Shown: positions 1-11,800, counted from the stretch's first letter. The stretch is 64,000 nt of DNA from Schizochytrium sp. TIO01 (GCA_004764695.1 SMSO01000032.1:5488483-5552482), one strand, 5' to 3'. The notes: generated from the sequence alone by a model not told the origin. Translations and numbers: made by a program.

Positions 1-869
1 ACTCTGCAGCATGTCCGCCAACTGTTTTGCGTAGGGCTCAACCTTCGCTTTGGGATGAGTGATGGCGAGCCTCACTTGCGTTTGAGGGCACGCGTGGGTT
101 GTCTGTATTCCCTCAAGGCTGACCTGGACTCCTGACGAGGTTCCCGTCAGATTGGGCTAATCAACCTGTTCTTCTTCTTCTCCTAGTTTAGTCGTGGAAG
201 GCGCTCGGTTCTATGCTTGCCTTAACGTACTATCGCAAATGAGGTCAGCCTGATCTCAATGCGGTCAGAGTTGTGTAATCTGCCGCACCAAAACATGCTA
301 TACCTCATCACAGTTTGCGACCCTCATCGCTCTCATTATAATTATTTTAATCACTCATAATATGCTACTCTAGGAAACTATATAGTAATTTTTTTTTAAT
401 CTTGTTCTAAATGTTCCTTTTGATAATAAAACGCTCTCAATGATTTGGCTTGCAGAGAAAATACTCCGACCGCTCCAGCAGACGACTCCGCCCACCTTCT
501 GCTCCCTGAGGAGACTCGGACCGACTCTTGTAGCTTAGCATAAACCCGTACCTATAGAACGCTCCATGACAAAATAAAACAGCAACGCTCTCATCCCCCC
601 AGGCTAGCGGCTCTTATCTAAGTTCTGTTGACCTCAAATAAGTAAACGCAATCAACAAGTTCGCCCAAACAAGAGACGTTTACAGGGTATTCGAGAGAGG
701 TTCTGCCACAACCTAAGTCGCAGAACCATTGGAGGCATGTAGGCTATGGTGTCCAGTACTCCAACAGCACAAGAAGACCGAGGTTTTATGCTCAAACAAG
801 CCAGCTCAGGAAAGGCTTCAAGAGCGCTCTCAAAATTGAATGAAGTTCCAAAGGTTCCACTAAGCCTCT

Positions 870-2300
870 ATGCACAGTCTAGGAATCACTCTAAATCAAG
901 TTGTGAAGAAAGCAAATCGAGTTGGAAACCAAAGCAAACCCGAAACGAGAATAAAGCGCGGAGCTCTGGCGAACATAGCAGCGAGGAAGATGGTTGCACG
1001 TACGCCACGTGGCAAAAACGAGAGGCAATCCTCCCGCGCGCGTAGCAATGCTGACCTTGAGGGACCAGACGATCCCAGCCCACGCTCGGTGGCATCGATG
1101 AGCACAGCGGACTCGCCTGCCACTGTCGGGTCGAGTGCGCAAAAGCGAAGGGTTGAGGCAGACCATGCGTGGGATGAAATCACGCAGAGATCTGAAGAAT
1201 CGGCGGGGAAGAGACCCAAAAACCGAGATCCTCGGATTGTCGATGAAGAAGGAGAAAGAACTAAGGAGGCCCACTTGAAGACAGTATATGGAGAATTCTA
1301 TTCCGAGCTTCAAAATACAGAAGATGTAAACTCCAGTGTGAAAAAAGATCTTGAACGTGCGCTCAGCGGTATTCAAAAACAAGAAAAGTCTATTGGGAGA
1401 ATGCATGTCTTGAGTAAGAAGGCTATGAGACTGGCTCGAACGGATACAATTGAATGGAGACACAGATTTGAGCAACTGATCGCCTTCTTCCATAAGCAGA
1501 CGGACCTGGTTAGTAAGCTTCACGAAGACATTGATCGCCTCAACAAGGAGATTGATTCGGCAGAGCCCGGTCAAAATGAGAACTCTGATGATATATCTGC
1601 GCTCAATCAACAAATTGTTGATCTGACCAATGATAAAGAGACTCTCATTCGGGAAAACAAATCCCTGGAAGGGGACAAGGAAAGGCTTATCGAGCAACGC
1701 GACACCTTGGAGAAGCAGCTTGCGGAGGAGAAGGAGAAGCTTGAACGTGCGAGTTTGGACCTTGCCAAGGTGGTAGCTGAGTCCAATCTCCCCAAGAATG
1801 TGGATAGCGTTTTTGCGCACGCGTTCTTTGAAAACCGACGCAAGGAAAATGACATGCTAAGCATTGGAAATCGTCTTTCAAATGATGCCAAGGACTACGA
1901 TGAGTTGTCCGTAGAGTACGTCAAAATGATCTATTCTGACAACTCACCTATTTCAATGGAATCATCTGACAAAGAGATCCTGCAGAAGCCTATTTGGAAA
2001 TGCGGCGAACAACTTCAAGGTCCCCAATTTAAGGTTGTTCGCGAAATCATTTTGCGCACTGGTTGCATTCCTGGCCGAGGTGGTTATGTTTGGCTCTGTA
2101 AGAACAAGTTCGACAACAATTCGGAAGATCTTGAACGGTTTGTTGCCGAGAAGATTCTTACTGATGCCAATGTTGATCTTAGTGAGAGGGCTTCGAATCA
2201 GAGGTTCAAGACAATTCAAAAGGTGTTTACCTCTCTCAGAGTCGAGCCCTTGTTACTTTGCGATAGGGAGTCTCATGCCTCTTCATCCTCTTCTTCTTAG
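870..2300 (+). CDS. Hypothetical protein with basic/disordered N-terminus, central coiled coil and unassigned C-terminal globular region
   Basis: Intronless 476-aa ORF with a heptad-like E/K/L-rich central region. No family motif recognised. The true start could be the downstream ATG near 990 (MVARTPRG). Confidence 0.65.
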   Translation: MHSLGITLNQVVKKANRVGNQSKPETRIKRGALANIAARKMVARTPRGKNERQSSRARSNADLEGPDDPSPRSVASMSTADSPATVGSSAQKRRVEADHAWDEITQRSEESAGKRPKNRDPRIVDEEGERTKEAHLKTVYGEFYSELQNTEDVNSSVKKDLERALSGIQKQEKSIGRMHVLSKKAMRLARTDTIEWRHRFEQLIAFFHKQTDLVSKLHEDIDRLNKEIDSAEPGQNENSDDISALNQQIVDLTNDKETLIRENKSLEGDKERLIEQRDTLEKQLAEEKEKLERASLDLAKVVAESNLPKNVDSVFAHAFFENRRKENDMLSIGNRLSNDAKDYDELSVEYVKMIYSDNSPISMESSDKEILQKPIWKCGEQLQGPQFKVVREIILRTGCIPGRGGYVWLCKNKFDNNSEDLERFVAEKILTDANVDLSERASNQRFKTIQKVFTSLRVEPLLLCDRESHASSSSSS

Positions 2301-2881
2301 GCAAGCTCCACCACGCAGACTTTGCTTTTTCTGGCCAACAGTAAGCCGGTACTGCCTTTGCGGATCGCCAGAGGCGTTCTAAATCTCGCATTATAACGAT
2401 AAGATATGGTTCTTTTTTTGGTTTTCTAAAAGATATGAGCGTCATTATTTCTAACAACTTCTTTTAATTCGGGCACTACCTACCCAACTACCTGCTGTTT
2501 AGATTCGGTCCTCGCCAGACATCAGTTGCCTCTCTCATCAAGATTAGTAATGCGCACTCAAGTTGAGCACAGTAATGGGCACTATTCCTCTTTTTTTTTT
2601 TTTTTTTTTTTAAATTAAAATTAATTAATGAAAAGGTATTTTTAATGTTCTCCGCGCAATAGATAAATAACAAGGTAAAGAGGGGAAGCGCGCGGAGTCC
2701 AAGAACCTTGAATAGAAAAATGACGACGGGGCCATTTTTTTTAGAAACTTAGAAAACTGCACCATTGGATCTTGAGCAACCTGGGTCATTCAGAGTTTGC
2801 ATGGTGTACCTATGGTGGCCTGTGTAACCAGATTTCCAAGTGATTGGTGTTCGCGGCTACAGCAAGTAAAGTCCTTACGAA

Positions 2882-4531
2882 GTGACGATGGCGGCAGGGT
2901 CGGTGCGTAAGGCGCCGAGCTCACGTAAACTTGTAAGCGCCGGGAGCACTGCAACGACAGGTGCACGGAGCTCAACAGCATCAAAGACGTCAACTCGTCT
3001 CAGCGGTGCTGTAAAACGTGCGTCAACAGTGAGTGTACTTAGTGCCGCTAGCTCAAAGTCAACAACTTCGAAATCAGTTTTAAAGCGCTCCGCTTCAAAG
3101 TTGGAGCGACAGAAGACTGTCAAAGGCAGCAAACTTAAGGAAAATGAAGAAGCATTACATGCTGCTGAAGAACGTGCAGCAGCAGCTACGGAGGAGCTAG
3201 AACGGTACAAAAGTACTATGCAGATGGCTCTAGCTGATGCAGAATCGCAGCTACTCAGGGCTCAAGAGCAACAGGAGAAGGTTCTCGAGCAGAAAGCTCA
3301 AATGTCCTTAAGCATTCAGGATCTCGAGGGTCAACGGGAATTTCTTCGTCAGAGCCTGGAACAAGCGCAGCAGGTTGCTGAACTAGCAAAGGCAGAACGT
3401 AAGCAAGCTATTCAAGTCCGGGAGGCAATGGAGAAAGAGCGACAAAAGGCTGTTGAAAAAATGGAGGACGCAATAAAACATGCTGAAGCCATGGAGGCAC
3501 AGTGCTCTATGGCTCATGAAGCCAATGACAAAGCACAGATACTGATGGAAGAAGCAATGAAACGCGATCGCCTTCGGGAAGAGGAAGCGAACCAACAACG
3601 TATGGCAGCTGCTCAGCAGGAAAGTGAATTGCGAAAATCACGGGAGCTTGTTCGAGAAGATCTTGTTGAGTTACAGGCCCGGGCTGCAGCTGAACGCAAG
3701 GCATTGCAAGGCAAACTAAAACATGCACAAAATGAAATGACTCTTATGCAAGACCAGTTACAAGCACACAGGGAAGAAGTTGAGAGTCTTTCAGAGAAAC
3801 TAAGACAACCCAAACCTGCACTTGAGCAGGTTCGTGATGAAATGCGGTCAATTATTCAGTATCTGTTACATGCTCTTCGGGAAAAGGTTGAAGAAAAAGA
3901 TGCTTTACGTGGTGGGGAGACCTTGCGGTGGAAGATCATACGCACGAAGATGGACACTCTGACAGATCAAATTGGACGACTCTTTGATATCCTTTCAAGT
4001 CAAGTATATGATAAAGAGGCACAAATCCAATCTCTGCGTGCAGAACTTGATCAGCAACGCGATGCACATGATGAGACTAAGAAGACAGCAATTGTAGTTA
4101 AAACAGAGCAAAATATGCTGTCGTTGCTATTTCATCCAGAACCAAATCTGGTTCTTCGCTCTGGGTATAATCCCCGAAGTGGAGCATCTCGATTTGGTGC
4201 TTTGATTACCAAAGGAGTTCCTAGAGAGCAATATATGAACAAGCCAAATAACCCAAACCAGCAATGCATCCCTATGCGAGCTCGGCTTCTGATCAGTGCA
4301 ACACGATCCGATGAAGTCGCTAAAATTATTGAAAGAAATCGTACATGGGATGATGGAAGGTCTACCTTGCTATTATCTTGCTGCATTCATTGCGGCGGTT
4401 TTTTCCTGGACGCTGATATGGCGTGGCCTTGTAACTGTGCGTCGACGCATGCTTTGACAACGGAACATGAAGAGTATACAGTTCTAGTTGACCATCATCG
4501 CTCGCCGCTTATGCCTGGGCTGAAGCGATAA
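2882..4531 (+). CDS. Hypothetical coiled-coil protein with Cys/His-rich C-terminus
   Basis: 549-aa ORF: S/T/K-rich N-terminus, long E/Q/A/K coiled coil, and C-terminal CCIHC...CNCASTH (possible Zn site). Confidence 0.8.
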   Translation: MTMAAGSVRKAPSSRKLVSAGSTATTGARSSTASKTSTRLSGAVKRASTVSVLSAASSKSTTSKSVLKRSASKLERQKTVKGSKLKENEEALHAAEERAAAATEELERYKSTMQMALADAESQLLRAQEQQEKVLEQKAQMSLSIQDLEGQREFLRQSLEQAQQVAELAKAERKQAIQVREAMEKERQKAVEKMEDAIKHAEAMEAQCSMAHEANDKAQILMEEAMKRDRLREEEANQQRMAAAQQESELRKSRELVREDLVELQARAAAERKALQGKLKHAQNEMTLMQDQLQAHREEVESLSEKLRQPKPALEQVRDEMRSIIQYLLHALREKVEEKDALRGGETLRWKIIRTKMDTLTDQIGRLFDILSSQVYDKEAQIQSLRAELDQQRDAHDETKKTAIVVKTEQNMLSLLFHPEPNLVLRSGYNPRSGASRFGALITKGVPREQYMNKPNNPNQQCIPMRARLLISATRSDEVAKIIERNRTWDDGRSTLLLSCCIHCGGFFLDADMAWPCNCASTHALTTEHEEYTVLVDHHRSPLMPGLKR

Positions 4532-5126
4532 AATTACGCCAAACGATAATTGCTTTCGAATGAAAGCTATGCCTGCTTCATTAAGAGTAAAAACTTAGTC
4601 TTCCGTAGTACTTCAGCCTACACTCCTGTGTGTAACTCAAGTGGAAATTGTATGATACCAGAAAGAAAAACAAACAATAAACTTCATGAAATAGATTTAA
4701 GCTCCTAAGAACTTTGAATCTGCAAATTATGACAAACTAATTCCACCCTAAGTCTCTCACCTTCCCTTGTCTTTTATAGTCATTGTAGACACGCATGCGC
4801 AAAAATTGGTCCATAAACCACACCAATCAACACAAAAGTAAACAAAATAAACATTGAAGAGCGCACAGGTAAACGAGAAAATTGACATAGAGGAAGTACC
4901 CTTTCAGCCGCATTCGCAAAGCGATATATACTGAAGTCTCCAGGATCTGGTACATAGAAACACTGAATAAAAAGAGATATAGAGATCATCATTAAGATGA
5001 AGGAAACACCTGTTTAGATACTAGACATAGACAAATGCAAATGTACAATTGTGCAGGCATCCAAGGATGAGCCACACATATATGGGTCATTAGCGAAAGT
5101 AAGCTGATGTACAGCTAAGCACTAAA

Positions 5127-8100
5127 TTATGCCATGTCATAGTCTGCGTTGGGCACAGAGGATGGAGCCTTCTTCTTCTTCTTCTTGAGCTTGACCTTCT
5201 TAATGATGACTTCACCATCTGGACCAACCGTACGAATGATCTTGACCTTCGTCTTCTTCTTGCGGCTTTTCTTAGATGAAGAACTCGCACTGCTTTCACG
5301 ACGAGAAGGACGACCCCCGGAAGCACCCTGGTTACGCTGACGGAAGCCTTGCACTATGTCCTTAGCATCCCCCTGATTCGCTTTGTGGAACGCAGCGAAG
5401 ACGCCCTCTTCAGCCATGCCCTGCTCACGCAACTTCTTGAGCGTAGCACGACGCTGCTTCTCTTCAGCAAGACGACGGGCCCGTTCTTCACGCTCGCGCT
5501 TTTCCTCCAAAAGACGCTTTGAGCGACGCAAGCCCATTTCGAAGCGCACAAACTTCGCAAAGAAGGACTCGGGCTCTACGGATGCGCCGGTTTCTGCATA
5601 TAAACGTGCAAGGTTGAGGAACTCTGAGCGCGTCTTCTCGAACTCAGTCTGCAAATCAGAGACCTGTTTGGAAGCCTTCACCTCAAATCCAGTCATCACC
5701 TTTGCAAAGTTGTCGCGCTTGCTGATGGCTGGCGCTGCAACCTCCTGCTTAATAGCACGAACCTGAGATGCGAGTTGGTTGAGATCTGACATGGTGTCGC
5801 TCAAAGAAACATCCATGGCCTCTTTACAGGCGGGAAGGCTAAAATCGCAGAGCTTGGGGTAGTCTCTCTCAAGCATAGCAAAGAGGTAGTCCATCAGAGT
5901 AGACTTGTTGGAATTATCCTTGATCGTATCAAGTTTGCCTAGAGCATCGAGTTTGAAACCCCAAGCAGCACCACGCGGAGTATCACCGTTCAGGTAGTTA
6001 CCAATGGCAAGCACAATCTCAAGGATCTTTTGGAGATCAGTGGATTGGTTAATCTCACGACACGCCTCGTGAACCAACTGGACTTTCTCCATGACACGAG
6101 AATAATCATTCTCAAAGTTCTGTTTGCAAGCTACTGCTTCTAAGCGGCCCTTGAGACGCGGGATGTCAGCCATAGCCATGAGGAACTGATCTTCACGTGC
6201 TAGTTTATGGATATCACCATTTGTATCCTGGAAGTTTTTGATGAGTTCAATTTCGTCTTCTGTGGGACAAGCCGTGAGAAGAACTACAAGATGTTCGGAG
6301 GTGAGAAGGGTTTCGTCCATTGCAATGATGGCCTCTGCGATTTCACTGTCGCTGGCTCGGATTTTAGAGAGAGCAATACCAACGTTTTGTTGGCGTTTAC
6401 CTGTCACAAGGTGAATCTTACCCAAAGATTTTCGCTTTGCATCCTTGGCTACAAGTGCCTTATCAGCCTCCGGGTCTGTGCCAAACTTGCGCTCAAGGCG
6501 CTTAATGTCAATTTTGACACGCTGGTCACTGAGCTCAGGCCATACAGTTCCTTCCAGCTTATCCACAGGAACTGGGGTCCAGAACAAATGCTTCATCTTC
6601 ACTGAGGGGTGGATGGCCTTCTTGCGAGGCAGGTTTAATCGCTTACGGATCTCAGCTTCCGTTTCTTTAGCTTTAGCTGCCATAGCCGCAGCAGAGGCTG
6701 CACCATCCTCGGCCACTCCACCGGGTCCATTCGGGTTTAGTTTCATAGCCGCAGCACGTGCAGCAAATAAACTACTCAACGAACCTCCAGGAGTTGGGGG
6801 GGCTGCAGGGTCCTTTGCTGCACTCTTTAACCCAATAGCAGCAGCGGCGGCGGCGGCAGCAGCAGCTGGCATGCCTCCTCCTGGTGCTGCTCCTCCTGGC
6901 GCAGCCGTAGGCGGGCCAGACTTTGTCGGGGTGTATTTGGTCGGGGCACCGCTCTTGGCTGGAATTGGGGCCAGTTCGAGAGAACCGGGCATATTTGGAA
7001 GGGGGCAGTCGGGGATAGGTACCGCCTTGACACCAGGGGCAATGCCAGCAGGTACAAGACCTGTGGAGTCAAGCTTACCAGTGTAAGGAACTCCTGAGCT
7101 TCCACCAGTGCTTGTCTTTACAACACCGTTGGGATCTTCAACATCGTCTACAGGTCTACCATTGCGAGCCTCGGTCAATTTTCGCTGAAGAGCAGTAATT
7201 TCCTCTCTCAATTGGGCTACCTGCCCCTGAAGGATGGAAACCTCCTCTAGACCAGCACCGTCACCACCATCTGCAGCACCGTCACCCTTCTTTTTGCTTG
7301 ATCGTTTTGTGGATGTTCGAACAGTCTTAATTTGGGCTTCGAGATCCTTAATCTTGGAGCGCTGCTGACCGATAATATCTTGACCCGAGCTCATTTGGCT
7401 CAACCGTTCATCAAGCTCAGCGCGCTTATCGAGTAACTCGGAGAGAATTTGATAGTTGAGACGGACACCTTTACCAGTCTCAGAGCGACGAGCATAATCA
7501 GTGGCTTCAGACACAAAACGTGCTACACCTTGCCATGTAGGTGCAGCTAATGTGCGCTCAGAGGGAATCAAAAGCAGGGTCTGTGTAGTTTCAAGCAAGA
7601 GATCTGCGCAACCCGCTGCCTTAGCAGAACGCTGGAGGTAGTCGAAGACATCATTCTGGTTGGAAAGGTCGATCTCTGCATCTTCCAGGCTTGAGGTACC
7701 TGCTATGAGGGCGAACGTAACTTCTTTGTGATCTTCCGCAAGCATGTCTTCAAAAACCTGGAATTGCGTCGCAATTGTGGCATATGAGTCATCATCCTCA
7801 TCACTGGCCTCCTCAAGAACACGTTCAAACACTCCCATAATGTCGAGACTCAGAAAGTCATTGCGCACCCGCACGCGGTCTTCAACTCGTGATGCTGAGT
7901 TCACAACAGTGGTGATAAACATAGATACTGATGCACGGAATTCGTTGTCACTACACTCGGAAAATGTTTCAACAAGACTTTGAAAGCGTTGCTTTTCTCG
8001 CCAGCGGAGGCGTAAATCATCCATAGCCTTAACTACCATCTCGCGTCCTTCGGGAGAATAAAAGCAAGTCACTGCGAGCAGCATGACGACCTCTTGGGCA

Positions 8101-8729
8101 GTTTGAAGGTGCTCAGGATCGGATAGATCCATGCCAAGTGCAAATGTAGTGATTGAATCGGGAATGGAGAGAACAGCTTCCATGCCAACACGGTTATTCA
8201 TGAGTGCTTTGTAGCAGCTCATAATTTGAGGAAGAATGTGCGATTCCTTATCGTTCATGCCATCCCGACCAGTGTACCAACGAGTAAGATCTGTGAGAAT
8301 GGTGATACCATCCTGGTCAACGAAATCAATAAGAAATTGCTTGTGGGCTGTGCGCATGACCGCAAGCAGTTCACTTGCTTCAGCAAGCGTGATAACAGGT
8401 TCGTTGGACACGTTACGCCTTCGTGAAATGAGGTCAACCCAGTAGCCGGCATTACGCTTTTCTGCCTGAACTCCGGTATGAGAATGGTTTTGTTCGTTCT
8501 GCACCATTTGCTCGTGTGCTTTGATGAGGTCCCATTTCTTGTTCGTGGTCTGGTCGCGCATCATGTTGGCTCGCGTAGCTTCTGGGAGAGCCATGGCCTC
8601 CAAAACTTCGGCGAACTTTTTGTCAACTTCAGCATCTGAGGGTCGGTCATTGTCGTCTATTGAGGTTGTCCTCGCGCGAGACAACCTTTTGCTAGTGCTG
8701 CTCGCCACGCGGGTGAACCTTTTTTTCAT
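5127..8729 (-). CDS. Diaphanous-related formin (GBD/FH3, coiled coil, atypical FH1, FH2, DAD-like/basic tail)
   Basis: 1200-aa ORF. GBD/FH3 motifs KKWDLI and CYKALMNNRVG. FH2 motifs MKHLFWTPV, KRQQNVGIAL (conserved Ile) and LAIGNYLNGDTPRGAAWGFKLDALGKLDTIK (conserved Lys). Confidence 0.95.
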   Translation of the reverse strand: MKKRFTRVASSTSKRLSRARTTSIDDNDRPSDAEVDKKFAEVLEAMALPEATRANMMRDQTTNKKWDLIKAHEQMVQNEQNHSHTGVQAEKRNAGYWVDLISRRRNVSNEPVITLAEASELLAVMRTAHKQFLIDFVDQDGITILTDLTRWYTGRDGMNDKESHILPQIMSCYKALMNNRVGMEAVLSIPDSITTFALGMDLSDPEHLQTAQEVVMLLAVTCFYSPEGREMVVKAMDDLRLRWREKQRFQSLVETFSECSDNEFRASVSMFITTVVNSASRVEDRVRVRNDFLSLDIMGVFERVLEEASDEDDDSYATIATQFQVFEDMLAEDHKEVTFALIAGTSSLEDAEIDLSNQNDVFDYLQRSAKAAGCADLLLETTQTLLLIPSERTLAAPTWQGVARFVSEATDYARRSETGKGVRLNYQILSELLDKRAELDERLSQMSSGQDIIGQQRSKIKDLEAQIKTVRTSTKRSSKKKGDGAADGGDGAGLEEVSILQGQVAQLREEITALQRKLTEARNGRPVDDVEDPNGVVKTSTGGSSGVPYTGKLDSTGLVPAGIAPGVKAVPIPDCPLPNMPGSLELAPIPAKSGAPTKYTPTKSGPPTAAPGGAAPGGGMPAAAAAAAAAAIGLKSAAKDPAAPPTPGGSLSSLFAARAAAMKLNPNGPGGVAEDGAASAAAMAAKAKETEAEIRKRLNLPRKKAIHPSVKMKHLFWTPVPVDKLEGTVWPELSDQRVKIDIKRLERKFGTDPEADKALVAKDAKRKSLGKIHLVTGKRQQNVGIALSKIRASDSEIAEAIIAMDETLLTSEHLVVLLTACPTEDEIELIKNFQDTNGDIHKLAREDQFLMAMADIPRLKGRLEAVACKQNFENDYSRVMEKVQLVHEACREINQSTDLQKILEIVLAIGNYLNGDTPRGAAWGFKLDALGKLDTIKDNSNKSTLMDYLFAMLERDYPKLCDFSLPACKEAMDVSLSDTMSDLNQLASQVRAIKQEVAAPAISKRDNFAKVMTGFEVKASKQVSDLQTEFEKTRSEFLNLARLYAETGASVEPESFFAKFVRFEMGLRRSKRLLEEKREREERARRLAEEKQRRATLKKLREQGMAEEGVFAAFHKANQGDAKDIVQGFRQRNQGASGGRPSRRESSASSSSKKSRKKKTKVKIIRTVGPDGEVIIKKVKLKKKKKKAPSSVPNADYDMA

Positions 8730-11099
8730 GGTGAGGGCGTGTTTTTTCGGCCACAGTTTTCTTTAGTGATTCACTCCTGTTCAACCAAATGCTCCACCGT
8801 CAATGGATTGGTCTTTTCTTCGCTTCCTTATAAACCCCAAGAACTTAGCAAAGCTTGGCGCTGGCAGACGCCTTTGCTGCTTTGTAAATTAGGATTTCTT
8901 TCCTACACTCACTAAGACCTTATATGCACTTAGAGTTTACAGTTCGCTCGATCACTCCCTCAGGAAGACAGAAAAAGCACCACTTGGGCAAAGGGGAGAG
9001 TAAGTTTAGAGATGCGCAACGACAGTCCGCTGCGGTCACGTGTCTGAGTTCTAAAGCCTAGTGCTCCGTGAGGCTCAAGTCCGTGGTGGGGGTTGTGAAA
9101 GTACACGCCGACCTCTGGGTGAAATTCCTCGATTGAAGATTGTTTGTCGCAAATGTGTTGATGCTAGCGACCTCCCTCGCAGCAACAAGGCCAGGAAGGA
9201 GGTAGAGCCACCTCTTATCCCTCCACAGGCCCGCTGCAACACCGGGCGCGGGCCACGTGCTCCCGCTCGGCGTCTGCCCGCTGCCTCGCCTCGAGGCGCC
9301 GCACGCAGCTGGGATTAAGTAATGGATTGATCGAAGAGGGAGCGAAGTTGATTCTGCATCCCTCTTTCCTTTAGCCTCTTCCTTTTTGTTTTTGTAAGTC
9401 AGTCAGTGTGAAAAGAAAAAATATTTTAATCAAAAGTAAACAGAGATGATAAATGAAAATGCGGTGGAATCCCCTTACACCTGCCAAGACCCTTCATCCG
9501 CGACTTTATCCTGTCCGTGTGGTCCTACACGAAACCTCGCACGTGGAGTGAGGGAGGGTTTTACGAAGGTTGGTGGACAGCTGTCTCTGGAATAATGTAT
9601 ATAAGCGCGAATTGGAAAGAGCGTGCTTCTGCGAATAATCTGTGTTTCTTTGTTTGGTCCTTTCTTTTATAAATTAAATTTGTAGACATATACATACACC
9701 ACTCAATAGGGGTTCGATAGGGGTTTTGAGAGTATAATGGAAAGGAAGAAACAATTTTAAAATACTTTTTGAAAAGTGAAGAGACCACGAATGAGGAGGG
9801 AGGGAGCGAGGGAAGGTGATGGCTGCGCCGCATGCTAGCAGCCACAGCCGCTTGATCAGGAAGGAAAGGGGTTGATGGATAAGAATGACATAAGTGATTA
9901 CGATTCCTCGGGCGCCATGAGCTGGTAGGGCTTTCACTCTGCCCAAGTCAGTCGTTGATGAATCAGCCACACGTGCTGGTATAATTTTTACTTATGGAGA
10001 GAAAATTCTCTTCTTGAATTTTCTCTCATCGAAAGAAAAGAAAAAGGCAACCTCTATATTTGTATAGGAGTAGCTTAGAGAAATACACACTTTTTGGGGG
10101 CACGCGCTGCAATTTGCAATAGCTTTAAGTTGTTATAATTACAGGGTAATCACCGTGTGCCAGACCTATGTACTGAAAATTTCTACGTAAACGCCTTAGG
10201 GCACAGCAAGAATGTAGTGCTTGGAGTCGGAGCAAGCCCCCGTGCGTGCTCCATCACTAGGCCTTAGGCATGGTTTTCCTGCACTTGGTGCCGCCACCTG
10301 CTATTATTAAAATTTGTGTAGAAAAGTGAGTGTGAATCGTTTGCATTTATCATATGATCATCATTAAAAAAAAGAAAAAAAGACATAAAAATATAAAACA
10401 TAAATGTCTTATTATGTAGGTAAGTAATTTTGTTCGTGCTTTAGTTTCTAAGGTATATGAAAAATAGAATGCTTTGTAGCGTTCGTTCACAAAAGCAAGG
10501 AGAAGACCACCTCAGTGGCGTTTCCTCTCGCAAATCCTTAGTAGCAAGCCAACATCTGGTCATCTTTCAAAGCTGCTGAGTGCCTTGGCGTTTGAACCTG
10601 CATGTCATAAGGTATCGACAGTAGGTGAGGGAGTACGTGTGCGTGCGCTACAGAATGACCCAAATGACTGTATTTTCTTCTTCTTAAAAATAAACTTTTC
10701 GTACCATCTGCTTTCAGTAACTTTAAACCCATACAATTGAATATTGGGTAGAAGGTAGGTACCTAGCACACCGACTTCTTCATCAACTTTCCAGGATAAT
10801 TGTCAGCTTAGATCAACTAGCTGGTAGGATACCTAGCTTTCCTCGGCTATGCTGCGTGTGGACGACGAAGATCAATCTGCCAGTGCAATCGTATGTATAG
10901 GTGGACTTGGGCCTAAGTTGTACGCCCGGTTTTCTTTATTTTTTAAGAATAGCAGCAAGTTTTATCTTTTCCCCTTATTTATCACATATATACTATTTAC
11001 ACAATATCTCAGGGATTTTGAACTCACGCTCTTTTATTGGTAAGAATAGCGTTATTTATAAGACCGGGGGAAAGAACGAATTAATGGAGGCTCTTTATG

Positions 11100-11800
11100 A
11101 AAAGGTGTGTGTATCTTGCCTTTTTTGGAGGAACTTGAGCATCGTTACCTCGCAAAGATTTAAGGGGATGCGCCGCGCTGGCTTCGCAAGTTGAGTTGTA
11201 TTGGATGACATGATTCTCATGATCTTCAGGATTATGACTTGCAGTTGATTGTACATTCTTGAGAATTCCGTCTTGGTAAAGATTGGTCGAGTCTGGAAGC
11301 TTGTAGGAGGAGATTAAGCGATGTGATTACTGATTCAAGCGGCAGGTGTTGGGCACGGACACTTGAAGGCCTTGTGGGAAAGATGTGCAGAGTTATGATA
11401 TAAATTCCTAATGCTTCTGTCCTCAATAGGCACGGGCGGGGGCCGATGACTTAACAACGACAAACCTTAACCTTTGATACTTCAGATTGGTCACACAATC
11501 TCAGAGTAATATATCATACGAGTAGGTACAGTAGCACCACAAGGGCCTTGGATGTTTTTGCGAGGGGTGTAAGCGGGTGATGGCAAATAAGCGACGAGTT
11601 GGTTTTCGAAGCTTCACATTCGAGTCCTTGATATTCAAGTTCTTGAGCCATGGTAGGTAGCCCAGTTAGATAATTAATTTGCGCTAGCAGCAAATAACCT
11701 GCAAGTCATTGTTCAACTTGATCACAGCTAACATGTCGTGAGGGGGAAAACTCTGCAGGCACAAAGCAATCCATACTCGTGGCAATCGCGCCGCGGTGCT
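11100..11800 (-). pseudogene. Decayed F-box (probably F-box/LRR) gene remnant
   Basis: Minus-strand translation from 11785 reads LPRVWIALCLQSFPPHDMLAVIKLNNDLQ (fits F-box spacing), then in-frame stops, then LPWLKNLNI. Boundaries are approximate. Confidence 0.4.

Noticed and set aside
243-312. Minus-strand GTGATGA...CTGA...CTGA resembling a C/D snoRNA
   Set aside because: No terminal stem or recognisable rRNA-complementary guide; the boxes are short enough to occur by chance.
891-1820. Long antisense ORFs (309 aa here; 313 aa at 33909-34850; 213 aa at 6445-7086)
   Set aside because: They are shadows of real sense-strand genes with biased codons and have no independent motifs.
11380-11420. 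IRNLYHNS resembling a LINE reverse transcriptase segment
   Set aside because: No downstream QG or YADD-type motifs; better explained as part of the decayed F-box region.
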